NCBI GenBank assembly: GCA_965228875.1
Contig: OZ245843.1
Location: 1,656,616 to 1,720,615, forward strand
DNA: 64,000 bases
Direction of reading: 5' to 3'
Source: Thalassobaculaceae bacterium
GTDB taxonomy: Bacteria > Pseudomonadota > Alphaproteobacteria > Thalassobaculales > Thalassobaculaceae
This document shows, one piece after another, positions 40,681 to 51,042 of the stretch; position 1 is the first letter of the stretch; each line of letters starts with the position of its first letter. Made by a program: the position numbers and the translations under genes. The notes under the pieces are model-generated. The model worked only from the letters and a program-made list of their open reading frames with translations. It had not been told where the DNA came from and made no database searches.

Positions 40681-42915
40681 GTGACCCGCCCCCCCGCGCA
40701 ACTACCGACCCGCGAACAGATCCTCGCCTTCGTCGAGGACAGCCCGACACCGGTCGGTCGCCGCGAGATCGCCCGAGCCTTCGACATCAAGGGGCCGATG
40801 CGCGCCGAACTGCGCGGACTGCTGAAGGAGATGGCCGAGGCAGGCGACCTCGACCTCGGGAACAGGCGCAAGGTCGCCCCGGTCGGCACCCTTCCCGAGG
40901 TGACGGTGCTCGAGGTGGTCGGCACCGATGCCGATGGCGAGGTGCTGGCGCGCGCCGTCGGGCGCGAGCACGAGGACCAGCCGCCGCGCATCCACCTTAT
41001 CGCCGACCGACGGTCCGGCCCGATGGGGACCGGAGACCGGGCACTGTGCCGTCTGGAGCGACGCGGCGAGAGCTTCTATGTCGCCCGGGTCATCCGGCGG
41101 ATCGGCCGCTCCACGCCCCGCACCCTCGGCATCTTCCACCGGACCGACGACGGTGCCCGCGTGCACCCGACCGACAAGCGCGCGAAGTCGGAGATCCGCA
41201 TTCCCAAGGGCGACGAGATGGACGCCCAGTCGGGCGATCTGGTGACCGTCGAGATCATGCCCAAGGGTCGGCTCGGCCTGCCGGTCGGCCGGGTAGTCGA
41301 GCGGTTCGCCGGAGCCGCCGACCCACGCTCCTTCAGTCGGATCGCGATCCACGAGAACGAGATTCCCGACACCTTTCCGGAAGCGGCGGTCGCTCTCGCG
41401 GAGAAAGCGAAGCCGGTGTCGCTCGGAAAGCGGACCGACCTGCGCGACGTCCCACTGGTGACCATCGACGGCATCGATGCCCGCGATTTCGACGACGCGG
41501 TGTTCGCAGAAGTCGACACCGATCCGGCCAACCCGGGCGGTTTCCGGCTTCTCGTCGCGATCGCCGACGTCTCCCACTACGTCCGGCCGGGTGACGCCCT
41601 CGACCGCGAGGCGCTGAAACGCGGCAACTCGGTCTACTTCCCCGATCAGGTCGTGCCGATGCTGCCCGAGGCGCTGTCAAACGGCCTCTGTTCCCTGCGC
41701 CCGGACGAGGAACGCGCCTGCATGGCGGTCGAGATCGTGATCGACGCGGAGGGACAGAAGCGGCGCCACCGGTTCATGCGCGGCCTGATGCGGTCGGCCG
41801 CCCGCCTCACCTACCGCCAGGTCCAGCAGGCGCACGACGGCGGCAGCGCCGAGGGCATTCCCGACGGTGTCCTGTCACCCCTGTACGGCGCGTTCGAGGC
41901 GCTCCGGAAGGCCCGCCAGGCCCGCGGCGCCCTCGATATCGACCTGCCGGAGAAGCGGGTCATCCTCGACGACGCCGGCAACGTCGCCGAGATCGGCATT
42001 CGCGACCGCCTCGACGCCCACATGCTGATCGAGGAGTTCATGGTGCTGGCCAACGTGTGCGCCGCCGAGACGCTCGAGGATCGCCGTCAGCCCTGCATGT
42101 ACCGCGTTCACGAGAGCCCGGACCCAGAGAAGGTGGCCGCCCTGTCCGAGGTTCTGGACGGGCTCGGCATCGCCTTCGCCAAGGGCCAGGTCGTCCGCCC
42201 GAAGACGTTCAACGGCGTCCTGGCCAAGGTCAAGGACGCGCCGCACGAACGCATGGTCAACGAGATGGTCCTGCGCACCCAGTCCCAGGCCGTGTACGCG
42301 CCCGAGAACGCCGGACATTTCGGCCTGGCATTGACCCGCTACGCGCATTTCACATCGCCGATCCGACGCTACTCGGACCTGCTGGTGCACCGCGCCCTGA
42401 TCCGCGGCCTGCGCCTCGGCGACGACGGTCTGCGGCCGGAGGACGACGCCGAGTTCCAGGATTGGGCCGAGCACATTTCCATGACCGAGCGGCGCGCCGC
42501 CACGGCGGAGCGCACCACCGTCGACCGCTACCTGGCCCGGCACCTCGCCGACCGGGTCGGAGGGATCTTCGCGGGACGTATCAACGGCGTCACCCGCTTC
42601 GGCGTGTTCGTGACCCTCGACGAGACGGGCGCGGACGGACTGGTGCCGATCCGCTCCCTGCCGGACGACTACTACGATCACGACGACGTCCACCACACGT
42701 TGACCGGACGGTCCCATGGCTGGGTGTTCCGCCTGGGAGACCGGGTCGAGGTGAGGCTCGTCGACGCCGATCCGGCGTCGGGCGGAATCATCGTCGAGAT
42801 CGTCTCCGGCGGCGAGCGGGGTACCGCGCCGCGTCGCGGCAAGGGGCGCGGCAAGGGGCCGAGACGGCATCCCCAGGCCCGCGCCCGAAAGCACAAACCG
42901 CGCGGCAAGCGGTGA
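40681..42915 (+). CDS. rnr: Ribonuclease R
   Basis: TIDG.DARDFDDAV, AIADVS, HFTSPIRRY.DL, an S1 domain and a basic tail. GTG start is a guess. Confidence 0.96.
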   Translation: MTRPPAQLPTREQILAFVEDSPTPVGRREIARAFDIKGPMRAELRGLLKEMAEAGDLDLGNRRKVAPVGTLPEVTVLEVVGTDADGEVLARAVGREHEDQPPRIHLIADRRSGPMGTGDRALCRLERRGESFYVARVIRRIGRSTPRTLGIFHRTDDGARVHPTDKRAKSEIRIPKGDEMDAQSGDLVTVEIMPKGRLGLPVGRVVERFAGAADPRSFSRIAIHENEIPDTFPEAAVALAEKAKPVSLGKRTDLRDVPLVTIDGIDARDFDDAVFAEVDTDPANPGGFRLLVAIADVSHYVRPGDALDREALKRGNSVYFPDQVVPMLPEALSNGLCSLRPDEERACMAVEIVIDAEGQKRRHRFMRGLMRSAARLTYRQVQQAHDGGSAEGIPDGVLSPLYGAFEALRKARQARGALDIDLPEKRVILDDAGNVAEIGIRDRLDAHMLIEEFMVLANVCAAETLEDRRQPCMYRVHESPDPEKVAALSEVLDGLGIAFAKGQVVRPKTFNGVLAKVKDAPHERMVNEMVLRTQSQAVYAPENAGHFGLALTRYAHFTSPIRRYSDLLVHRALIRGLRLGDDGLRPEDDAEFQDWAEHISMTERRAATAERTTVDRYLARHLADRVGGIFAGRINGVTRFGVFVTLDETGADGLVPIRSLPDDYYDHDDVHHTLTGRSHGWVFRLGDRVEVRLVDADPASGGIIVEIVSGGERGTAPRRGKGRGKGPRRHPQARARKHKPRGKR

Positions 42916-43034
42916 CGACGCGCCCTGTCGCGAACCCATTGAAATCGCGGCTGCGATTGATTCGGCACACGTTTTGCAGCATTCTGAACCGATTGCGGTT
43001 CCGTCGCGCCGCGCGAAGATTCGAGTGCTCCCGA

Positions 43035-44636
43035 ATGCCCGAACCCCGCTGGCTTCCGCTCCGTGTCCCGTCCCGCGTATCGTGGCGCCGGCTCGTCGCC
43101 GCCGGGATTGCCCTCACGCTGCTCGGTTCCTGCGCGGTCACCCGGCCCGAGACACCGGTTCCGACCGCATTTGCCATGGACGCCGGCGCCGAGGTCTTCG
43201 CCATCGGGTACGAGGGGATTGCCGACCTATACGTCGAGGCGATTCCGACCCAATCGATGGCCCTGGCGGCGCTCGACGGCGTCGCCGCGCTCGATCCAGC
43301 GGTCTCGTTCGTGCGGCGGGGCGAGTCGCTCATCGTCACGGATGACGGGACGCCGTTCGCCAAGTTCACCGTGCCCTCGGACGATTCGCCGCAGGATTGG
43401 GCGCGTCTCACCGCCGCCGCCATTGCCGCCGCGCGCGATCGCTCGGAACGCCTGTCCGAGACGACGTCGGACCGAACCTTCGAGGCGGCGTTCGATGCGA
43501 TGACCCGCAAGCTCGACCGCTACTCCCGCTACCACAACGCCGCAGAGACGCGCTCCTCCAAGGCGGCGCGCAACGGCTATACCGGCATAGGCGTCACCAT
43601 CGGCGAGGAGGACGACGCCGTCGTCGTCACCGCCGTGTTCCGCGGCGCGCCAGCCCACGACGCGGGTCTGCGCGCGGGCGACCGTTTCGTCGCCGTCGCC
43701 GGACAGTCGGTCGTCGGCCTCGGCATCGCCGAGACTGCGGGACTGCTGCGCGGTGCCAATGGCACCCGGGTTTCCGTGCGGGTCGCGCGTGGGTCCGAGG
43801 AGTTGAGCTTCCAGATCGAACGCCAGCGCGTGATCGAGGACACGGTCCGGTTCGCCGCCATCGACGGGATCGCCTATTTCGAGGTCAGCGGTTTCAACAG
43901 CGACACGGCCAACGCCCTGTCCGATGCCATCGAGGACGCCAAGGCGGTGCTCGGCGACGACCTGCCCGGGATCGTCCTGGATCTGCGGCAGAATCGCGGC
44001 GGCACCCTGGAGGAGGCGGTCGACGTCGCCGACCTGTTCGTCGATGACGGTATGATTCTGGAAACCCGCGGCCGGCACAGCCGCTCGCGCCACCGGTACG
44101 ACGCCGAGTACCGGACCACGGCGACGGTCGCGCCGCTCGCGGTTCTGATCGACAGCGGCTCGGCCTCGGCCGCCGAGGTCGTTGCGGCCGCCCTTCAGGA
44201 CTCCGGCCGGGCGCTGGTGATCGGTGCCCGTTCGTTCGGCAAGGGGACGGTGCAGCGGGTGATCGACATCACGCCGATCTCGACCGAACTGATTCTCACC
44301 TGGGCGCGCATGCATGCCCCCTCCGGCTACCCGCTGTCGGATTTCGGCGTGTTTCCGTCGATCTGCACCCCGGACTACGGCGACGATCCAAACGTGAGCG
44401 CGGCGGCGCTCGAATCCGGCGAGTTGCGGCTGAGCGACACCATGCAGAAGCGCCTGCACGCCAGCCAGATGGACGACTCCGAACGCGGCGACCTGCTGGC
44501 CTGGTGCCGGGCCAATCATCCGCCGTCGACCGAAGACGGAGACACGCGGCTTGCGCTCCGGCTGCTGTCCGACCGCAAGCTATTCCGCCTCGCCTTTCAC
44601 GCGTCGCGGGTCGCCCTCGGCGAACGACCGCAATAA
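43035..44636 (+). CDS. S41 (CtpA-like) C-terminal processing protease with PDZ, probable lipoprotein
   Basis: Lipobox-like LLGSC, GIG PDZ, LDLRQN.GG, SASAAE (catalytic Ser) and FGKG (Lys). Start uncertain. Confidence 0.88.
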   Translation: MPEPRWLPLRVPSRVSWRRLVAAGIALTLLGSCAVTRPETPVPTAFAMDAGAEVFAIGYEGIADLYVEAIPTQSMALAALDGVAALDPAVSFVRRGESLIVTDDGTPFAKFTVPSDDSPQDWARLTAAAIAAARDRSERLSETTSDRTFEAAFDAMTRKLDRYSRYHNAAETRSSKAARNGYTGIGVTIGEEDDAVVVTAVFRGAPAHDAGLRAGDRFVAVAGQSVVGLGIAETAGLLRGANGTRVSVRVARGSEELSFQIERQRVIEDTVRFAAIDGIAYFEVSGFNSDTANALSDAIEDAKAVLGDDLPGIVLDLRQNRGGTLEEAVDVADLFVDDGMILETRGRHSRSRHRYDAEYRTTATVAPLAVLIDSGSASAAEVVAAALQDSGRALVIGARSFGKGTVQRVIDITPISTELILTWARMHAPSGYPLSDFGVFPSICTPDYGDDPNVSAAALESGELRLSDTMQKRLHASQMDDSERGDLLAWCRANHPPSTEDGDTRLALRLLSDRKLFRLAFHASRVALGERPQ

Positions 44637-44664
44637 CCCCACGAACCACGCTTGAGAAGCACGC

Positions 44665-44692
44665 TTGACATGCGCGGCGCCGTAGCTATTTT
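44665..44692 (+). promoter_or_regulatory. Sigma70-type promoter of rpmG
   Basis: TTGACA-16nt-TATTTT, followed by RBS AAGGAG. Confidence 0.6.
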
Positions 44693-44723
44693 GCGGCCTC
44701 CGCGTAGGCGAAGGAGATGAGAG

Positions 44724-44891
44724 ATGGCGAAGCCCGCGACCGTTCTGATCAAGATGGTCAGCACCGCCGACACTGGGTACTTCTATGTGACCAAGAAGAA
44801 CCCGCGGACGAAGACCGAAAAGCTTGAGCTGCGCAAGTACGACCCGGTCGCGCGCAAGCACGTCCTGTTCAAGGAAGCGAAGATCAAGTAG
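44724..44891 (+). CDS. rpmG: 50S ribosomal protein L33 (zinc-free type)
   Basis: Not in the ORF track. Manual translation gives [55 protein letters not shown]. Confidence 0.97.
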   Translation: MAKPATVLIKMVSTADTGYFYVTKKNPRTKTEKLELRKYDPVARKHVLFKEAKIK

Positions 44892-44915
44892 CTCCGGCGG
44901 CAGTCCGACGACCGT

Positions 44916-44943
44916 AAGGGTCGCCCGCTCGGGCGGCCCTTTT
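44916..44943 (+). terminator. Intrinsic terminator after rpmG (convergent with pleD)
   Basis: aagggtcgccc-gctc-gggcggccctt followed by tt. Confidence 0.75.
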
Positions 44944-44975
44944 GCGTTTCGGAGAGCCGCGCGGCGGCTGTCGGT

Positions 44976-46379
44976 TCAGGAAGCGGCGGAAATGCTGGAC
45001 GGCGCCGGTGCCGCCGCCAGGACAACGCGGTTCCGCCCCTGGCGCTTGGCCTGATAGAGGGCATCGTCGGCGCGGCCGATCAGCTTGTCGATGCTGTCCT
45101 CGCCCTGGTCGTTGCGCAGGGCGCAGCCGATGCTGATCGTGACCGTGAGGCTGTGGCCCCCGTCGATCTCCGTCGGTGTGGTCGCGATCACGTCGCGCAG
45201 GCGCTCGGCCACGACCATGGCAAACGGCTCCGGCGTGTCGGGCATGACGACCACAAACTCCTCGCCGCCGAGTCGCGACACGAGGTCGACGTTGCGGACA
45301 TGCCCTCGCATCAGTTCGGTGATGTGCTGCAGCACCTTGTCGCCGGCGCCGTGGCCGTAGGTGTCGTTCACCTCCTTGAAGTGATCGACATCGATGACCA
45401 ATAGCGCCAGCGGCTTTTGCCGATCGGCGGTATCGTTCATCAGCCGGCCGAGATGGGTCAGCAGGTAGCGGCGGTTGTAGAGGCCGGTCAGGCTGTCGGT
45501 CAGCGCCAGCGCCAGACTCTGCTCATAGGTTTCGCGCATCCTGTCCTGGTAGCGCCGACGCCGGATCTGCGTGCGCACGCGCGCCAGCATCTCGTTCCGG
45601 TCGATCGGCTTCATCAGGTAGTCGTTGACGCCGAGATCGAGGGCCTTGGCCAGTTTGTCCGTCTGATCCTCCTCGCCAACCATGAGGATCGGGATGTGAC
45701 GGGTGGCCTCGTTGGCACGGAACTGGGACACCAGACGCAGCGCGTCGTCGCCCGCCAGGTTGAGGCTGCAGACCACGAGGTCGAACTCGCCGGACAGGGC
45801 CCGCGCATACCCGGTCGCTCCATCCGACACCTGCTCGACCGTGTCGCCGTCCACGACAAGGCTCTCGCGCAGGTTCATGGCGTCGATCCGGTTGTCCTCG
45901 ATCGCCAGGATCCGGGCCGACGTCACGTCGATCTCCGTCATCGCCCGCGGCTCCTGCATACCGAGCTGCGAGGAGGTTTCGACCCGAAGGCGCCACTCGT
46001 CCATCATCATCTTCAGACGCAACAGCGAGCGGACCCGCGCGAACAGCGCCGCATCGACAACCGGCTTGGTCAGGAAGTCATCGGCGCCGGCCTCGATCCC
46101 CCGCACCCGATCGGAAACGTCGGACAGCGCGGTGACCATCACCACCGGCAGATGGGTCGTGCGCGGATCGGCCTTGATCCGGCGGCACACCTCGAACCCG
46201 TCCATCCCAGGCATCATGACGTCGAGCAGCACGATGTCCGGCACCTCGCGCTCGATCATCTCGAGCGCCTCGGGACCGTTGTAGGCGGAGAGGACGTCGA
46301 AATACTCCGCCGTCAGCTTCGCCTCGAGCAGCTTGACGTTCGGCAGGACATCGTCGACGACGAGGACGCGGCCCGGCAT
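44976..46379 (-). CDS. pleD: PleD diguanylate cyclase (REC-pseudoREC-GGEEF)
   Basis: [27 protein letters not shown]-site RNVD and GGEEF. Follows divK. Confidence 0.96.
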   Translation of the reverse strand: MPGRVLVVDDVLPNVKLLEAKLTAEYFDVLSAYNGPEALEMIEREVPDIVLLDVMMPGMDGFEVCRRIKADPRTTHLPVVMVTALSDVSDRVRGIEAGADDFLTKPVVDAALFARVRSLLRLKMMMDEWRLRVETSSQLGMQEPRAMTEIDVTSARILAIEDNRIDAMNLRESLVVDGDTVEQVSDGATGYARALSGEFDLVVCSLNLAGDDALRLVSQFRANEATRHIPILMVGEEDQTDKLAKALDLGVNDYLMKPIDRNEMLARVRTQIRRRRYQDRMRETYEQSLALALTDSLTGLYNRRYLLTHLGRLMNDTADRQKPLALLVIDVDHFKEVNDTYGHGAGDKVLQHITELMRGHVRNVDLVSRLGGEEFVVVMPDTPEPFAMVVAERLRDVIATTPTEIDGGHSLTVTISIGCALRNDQGEDSIDKLIGRADDALYQAKRQGRNRVVLAAAPAPSSISAAS

Positions 46380-46386
46380 GGCCCGG

Positions 46387-46800
46387 CTATCCCAGGAACT
46401 TCTTAACAGTATCCAGGAAATGGCCGACGGAGATCGGCTTGGCGATATACGCCTCGCACCCGCCCTCGCGGATCTTCTCCTCGTCGCCTTTCATGGCGAA
46501 CGCGGTGACGGCGATCACGGGAATCGACTTCAGGCGGTCGTCCTCCTTGATCCATTTGGTCACCTCGAGGCCGGAAACCTCCGGCAGCTGGATGTCCATC
46601 AGGATGAGGTCGGGTCGCTTATCGCGGGCGAGACGGAGCGCGTCCATCCCGTCGCGCGTGCAGATAATGTCGTATCCGTGAGCCTCAAGCAGGTCGTGGA
46701 AGAGCTTCATGCTCAGCTCGTTGTCTTCCACGATCAGGACCGTCTTCGCCGTGGATGCACCCGCGTCCTGGGTTTCGTTCTGCGTATCGACCGAGGTCAT
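46387..46800 (-). CDS. divK: Cell-cycle single-domain response regulator DivK
   Basis: [34 protein letters not shown] and [26 protein letters not shown]. Confidence 0.95.
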   Translation of the reverse strand: MTSVDTQNETQDAGASTAKTVLIVEDNELSMKLFHDLLEAHGYDIICTRDGMDALRLARDKRPDLILMDIQLPEVSGLEVTKWIKEDDRLKSIPVIAVTAFAMKGDEEKIREGGCEAYIAKPISVGHFLDTVKKFLG

Positions 46801-46927
46801 ACCCTCATCCACCTTGATCCGTTCTGGGATACACTCAGCCCGGTTTCGCGAGCCGGCGTACATAGTATCAAGCCGAAAGCGCTGATTCCATCATACTCCG
46901 CACGGGCTTAACACGTATGAGGAAGCA

Positions 46928-47869
46928 TTGCACCAAAAGCCGAACACGAACCGGGTACGGATCGGCGTCGATCTCGGCGGGACCAAGACGGAAGTGGTCG
47001 CGCTCGACGATGCCGGCCGCGAACTGGTCAGGCGCCGGACTGCCACCCCGAAGGACGACTACACCGCCACCGTGCGGCGCGCGGCGGACCTCGTTCGGGC
47101 GGTGGAGGCGGAGGTCGGAACGACCGGAACGGTCGGCGTCGGCATCCCCGGAACGATATCCCGCGTCAGCGGCGTGGTGAAGAACGCGAACTCCACCTGG
47201 TTGAACGGCCACCCGCTCGATCGTGATCTCTCCGAAGCGCTGGCACGCCCGGTCCGGGTCCAGAACGACGCCAACTGCTTCGCCGTGTCGGAAGCCACCG
47301 ACGGCGCCGCCCGCGGTGCCGGTATCGTGTTCGGCGTCATCCTGGGAACCGGCGTCGGTGGCGGGTTGGTGATCGACGGCCGGGTGATCGACGGCCCGAT
47401 GGGCGTGACCGGCGAGTGGGGCCATACCCCCCTGCCCCGTCCCGGCGACGACGAGCGGCCTGGGCCGGACTGCTACTGCGGCCGCCAGGGCTGCCTGGAG
47501 ACGTTTCTGTCGGGGCCGGGCATGGCCGCGCGGTTCAGGGAGACCGGCGGCAGGAGCGGCACCGCGCTCGAGATCGCCGGGTGGGCGGACGCGGGCGACG
47601 CCGCCGCGACGGCCTATCTGGAGCGCTACGCGGACCGCCTCGCCCGGGGCCTGGGCACCGTCATCAACATTCTGGATCCGGACGTCGTCGTTCTCGGCGG
47701 CGGGCTGTCCGGCATGTCCTTGCTCTACGACCGATTGCCGGCGCTGCTGCCCGCGCATGTGTTCACCGACCGGGTCGACACCCGGGTGGTGCCGCCGCTC
47801 CACGGCGACAGCAGCGGCGTCCGCGGGGCGGCCTGGCTGTGGCCCCCGGAGCCGGCGGACCGCGGCTGA
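46928..47869 (+). CDS. ROK-family sugar kinase (fructokinase Mak-like)
   Basis: GVDLGGTK, NDANC, GTGVGGG, GEWGH and CYCG..GC.E. Confidence 0.92.
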   Translation: MHQKPNTNRVRIGVDLGGTKTEVVALDDAGRELVRRRTATPKDDYTATVRRAADLVRAVEAEVGTTGTVGVGIPGTISRVSGVVKNANSTWLNGHPLDRDLSEALARPVRVQNDANCFAVSEATDGAARGAGIVFGVILGTGVGGGLVIDGRVIDGPMGVTGEWGHTPLPRPGDDERPGPDCYCGRQGCLETFLSGPGMAARFRETGGRSGTALEIAGWADAGDAAATAYLERYADRLARGLGTVINILDPDVVVLGGGLSGMSLLYDRLPALLPAHVFTDRVDTRVVPPLHGDSSGVRGAAWLWPPEPADRG

Positions 47870-47877
47870 GGATCGCC

Positions 47878-49197
47878 ATGGCCGATGCCGCCGAGACCCT
47901 GTGTCGAGACTGCTTCGCCTGGAGCTCCGGCCGAGCGACACGCTGTCCGGCCTGCGGCTCGCCGCGGACGGTCTCGCATGCGGAACTGCGCCGTCTGTCG
48001 ATCGCCCACCTGGATTGCGATGCGTTCTACGCCAGTGTCGAGAAACGCGACGATCCGAGCCTGCTCGACAAACCGGTGGTCGTCGGCGGCGGCCGACGGG
48101 GCGTCGTCTCCGCCGCCTGCTACGTGGCCCGGGTCTACGGCGTGCGGTCGGCCATGCCGATGTTCAAGGCGCTCGCGGCCTGTCCGCATGCCGTGGTCAT
48201 CCGCCCGGACATGAAGAAATACGCCGCGGTCGGCGGCGAGGTGCGGGAGATGATGCGGGCGATCACCCCGCAGGTCGAGCCAATCTCCATCGACGAAGCG
48301 TTCATGGATCTGTCGGGGACCGAACGCCTTCACCGCGCGCCACCGGCGGAAACGCTCGCGCGGCTGGCCCGACGGGTCGAACTGGAGATCGGCGTCACGG
48401 TGTCGATCGGGCTCAGTTTCAACAAGTTCCTGGCCAAGGTCTCCTCCGACCTCGACAAGCCACGCGGCTTCCATGTCATCGGGGAGAGCGAGGCGGTCGA
48501 GTTCCTCGCCCAACAGCCTGTGTCGATCCTGTGGGGCGTGGGCAAGGCACTGCAGCGCAAGCTCATCGACGACGGCATCCGCACCGTCGGCGACCTTCAG
48601 CCTCTCGAGGAGAGCGACCTGATGCGCCGCTACGGGAGCATCGGTCAACGCCTCGCGCGGTTCTCGCGAGGACGCGACGACCGGCGGATCGAACCCGGCT
48701 CGGTGGTCAAGAGCGTGTCGAACGAGACGACGTTCGACACCGACATCGCCGATCCGGAGACCCTGCGCCCCTATCTCTGGCGCCTGAGCGAGGAAGTGTC
48801 CGGCCGCCTGAAACGCAAGGGCATCGCCGGAGGGGTGGTCACCCTGAAGCTCAAGACCCGCGACTTCCGGATCCTCACCCGCCAGCAGCATCTTCTGGCA
48901 CCGACGCAGCTCGCCGACCGGATTTACCGGACCGCAGACGCACTGCTGGCCAGACAGGCCGACGGGCGCCAGTTCAGACTGATCGGCGTCGGCGTCAGCG
49001 AGCTCGCCGGCGAACACCTCGCCGACCCGCAGGACCTGGCGGATCCGGAGTTCGAGTCCCGGCGCAAGGTCGAGACCGCGATGGATGCGGTACGGGCCAA
49101 GCTCGGCGACGCCGCCATCACCAAGGGGATCGGCCTCAAGGCCCGCCGGCTCCGCCAGCAGCCGTCCGACAAGCCGCCGGACGGCCAGGACCTCTGA
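47878..49197 (+). CDS. dinB: DNA polymerase IV with an N-terminal Zn ribbon
   Basis: CRDC...CPAC, HLDCDAFYASVE, SIDEAF, SDLDKP and RLIGV. Confidence 0.95.
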   Translation: MADAAETLCRDCFAWSSGRATRCPACGSPRTVSHAELRRLSIAHLDCDAFYASVEKRDDPSLLDKPVVVGGGRRGVVSAACYVARVYGVRSAMPMFKALAACPHAVVIRPDMKKYAAVGGEVREMMRAITPQVEPISIDEAFMDLSGTERLHRAPPAETLARLARRVELEIGVTVSIGLSFNKFLAKVSSDLDKPRGFHVIGESEAVEFLAQQPVSILWGVGKALQRKLIDDGIRTVGDLQPLEESDLMRRYGSIGQRLARFSRGRDDRRIEPGSVVKSVSNETTFDTDIADPETLRPYLWRLSEEVSGRLKRKGIAGGVVTLKLKTRDFRILTRQQHLLAPTQLADRIYRTADALLARQADGRQFRLIGVGVSELAGEHLADPQDLADPEFESRRKVETAMDAVRAKLGDAAITKGIGLKARRLRQQPSDKPPDGQDL

Positions 49198-49225
49198 GGC
49201 GCGAGGTCGGCGCGCGGTCCCCGCG

Positions 49226-50074
49226 TCAGCAGTCGGGTGCGGGCAATGGATCGACGCTCTGGAGCGCCATGCGGATCGAGAAATCGGGATAGTGGACCAC
49301 GATCGAGCGGGCGATGCCGTTGGCCAGGATCTCGATCGACATCTCGAAATCCGGCTCGGCCCCGTCGCCGTCGGGACCGAACCACGCCAGGCGCCCCGGG
49401 TGATACGGACCGCTCACGAGTTCGTTGTCGACGGCGGGCGGGTCGGTGCGTCGGTTGCCGAACACCGCTGAGATCAGCGACGGCGCCTCCGGCTCGCCGC
49501 CGTCGAACACCGGAGCGCGCAGGAAGCGGCGGCCGGACTCGGCCGCCTCGACCATCCGGAGGGTGTGCTCGGTCGGAAAGAGCGTCCCGGCCGGCAGGGC
49601 GATCTCCAGAGGTTCCGGCTCGGAGAACGTCACCATCCCGGGTCCGGACCCGAGCGGCAACGGCATCACCGCCTTGCCCTCGATCCGTTCCTCGCCGTCG
49701 CCGCGATCGCGCTTGACGAAAAACCGATAGGTGTCGCCGCTCTTCGACTCCCAGGTCGAATAGGTCGACTGGATGACCGACGTGTCACCGTCCGAACGGG
49801 CGAACTCCATGGCGTAGCGCTGCTCAATCGCCCAGCCGTCGCAGGCGTCGCGCCACTCGAAGCCCATGCGCCCCTGGACGTCGACGACTCCAGAGCTCAC
49901 GTCCGCCTCGGCAAGGGTCACTTTGTACAGCGCACGGTGCGGCACCACGTCGACCGTCGCCCCGGCCGCCGAAGCCAGCAGCATAAGCGTCGCGGTCGCC
50001 AGAGCCGCGATCGCGGTTTCCCGCAGGCGCCTCGCGGCTCGTCGTGCCGGGGCCGTCGGGGACGACTGCACCAT
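49226..50074 (-). CDS. eipB: Cell-envelope integrity protein EipB (DUF1849)
   Basis: Signal peptide, PHRALY, ACDGW, TWES, TLFPTEH, NGI and a terminal Cys. Confidence 0.85.
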   Translation of the reverse strand: MVQSSPTAPARRAARRLRETAIAALATATLMLLASAAGATVDVVPHRALYKVTLAEADVSSGVVDVQGRMGFEWRDACDGWAIEQRYAMEFARSDGDTSVIQSTYSTWESKSGDTYRFFVKRDRGDGEERIEGKAVMPLPLGSGPGMVTFSEPEPLEIALPAGTLFPTEHTLRMVEAAESGRRFLRAPVFDGGEPEAPSLISAVFGNRRTDPPAVDNELVSGPYHPGRLAWFGPDGDGAEPDFEMSIEILANGIARSIVVHYPDFSIRMALQSVDPLPAPDC

Positions 50075-50156
50075 ATGCAACTCCTTCGCGTTCATGATGA
50101 TCGGAATATGGCACGGAGACGGGGGCGGAAAAATGGCCCCTGTCTTTCATTTCCGT

Positions 50157-50175
50157 CCCGGCAAGATTTGCCGCA
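50157..50175 (+). promoter_or_regulatory. ftr-like (FlbD-type) enhancer palindrome
   Basis: cccggcaagatttgccgca, i.e. CGGCAA-N3-TTGCCG, about 85-95 bp upstream of the sigma54 -24 box. Confidence 0.55.
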
Positions 50176-50253
50176 TGACGGCGGTGTGCCCCGTCTGGGC
50201 TGATTTTCACTAGTTATTTCAACCGACTACCGGGGCGCCCCTCCCCTGGCTCG

Positions 50254-50269
50254 TGGCACGTCGGATGCA
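50254..50269 (+). promoter_or_regulatory. Sigma54 -24/-12 promoter of the GGDEF gene
   Basis: TGGCACG-tcgg-ATGCA, one mismatch from TGGCACG-N4-TTGC. Confidence 0.7.
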
Positions 50270-50301
50270 TGTGACTGGGTAACCATTGTGCGAGGTGACC
50301 C

Positions 50302-51027
50302 ATGTCACACGAAATGTCCCTGGCAACGGTGCCGCTCGACGGACCAAGCGCGCGCATGTACGCCGAGGTCGCGGGTATGCTTGCGCGTTTCAACGGTGCC
50401 CTCGACCCGGCCAACGACACCGAGGCCCTCGGGCCCGCCGAGACGACCGCCGCCCTTCGGCTGGCGCTTGTCGCCATGACAGAGGCGCAGAAGCGCATCG
50501 AACGTCAGCAGGCGCGCATCGCGGAGCTGGAAAGCCTGTCGGTGACCGACGAACTCACCGGCGTGATGAACCGACGCGGTTTCGACATGCAACTGCGCAA
50601 GGCGATGGCACAGTCCAAGCGCCTCAGCCAGGACGGGGAAGATGACCGCGGCGGCGTCGTGCTGATGATCGACCTCGACCGTTTCAAGGCCGTCAACGAC
50701 ACCTACGGCCATGCGGCCGGCGACGAGTTGCTGCGGCTTGTGGCTGGCGTCCTGACCCGGGACGTGCGGGAAAGCGACACCGTCGGGCGTCTCGGCGGCG
50801 ATGAGTTCGCCGTGCTGATGCCCGATCTCGACGCCGAGGACGGACTGTCGCGGGCCGCGCGGTTGGAGAAGCGGATGAACGCCACGTCCCTGACCTGGGG
50901 AGCCCTGATCCTGCCCGTCTCCGCGAGCGTCGGAGCGGTCAGCTATCGTCCGGAGGATCGGCCGGCCGAGGTCATGGGCCGGGCCGACGAGACCATGTAC
51001 CAGCGCAAGGCCGAGCGCCGGAGCTGA
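50302..51027 (+). CDS. Small diguanylate cyclase (coiled coil plus GGDEF)
   Basis: TDELTGVMNRRGF, DLDRFKAVND.YGH, I-site RESD, intact GGDEF and ADE.MY..K. Confidence 0.93.
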   Translation: MSHEMSLATVPLDGPSARMYAEVAGMLARFNGALDPANDTEALGPAETTAALRLALVAMTEAQKRIERQQARIAELESLSVTDELTGVMNRRGFDMQLRKAMAQSKRLSQDGEDDRGGVVLMIDLDRFKAVNDTYGHAAGDELLRLVAGVLTRDVRESDTVGRLGGDEFAVLMPDLDAEDGLSRAARLEKRMNATSLTWGALILPVSASVGAVSYRPEDRPAEVMGRADETMYQRKAERRS

Positions 51028-51042
51028 ACGGCGCCGCAGCTG

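Noticed and set aside
42057..43034. Apparent 326-aa N-terminal extension of the S41 protease in the ORF track
   Set aside because: Overlaps rnr in another frame and is Arg/Pro-rich noise. The lipoprotein signal begins near 43035.
47878..47970. Zn ribbon on DinB as a novel fusion
   Set aside because: This N-terminal CxxC...CxxC is a common feature of alphaproteobacterial DinB.
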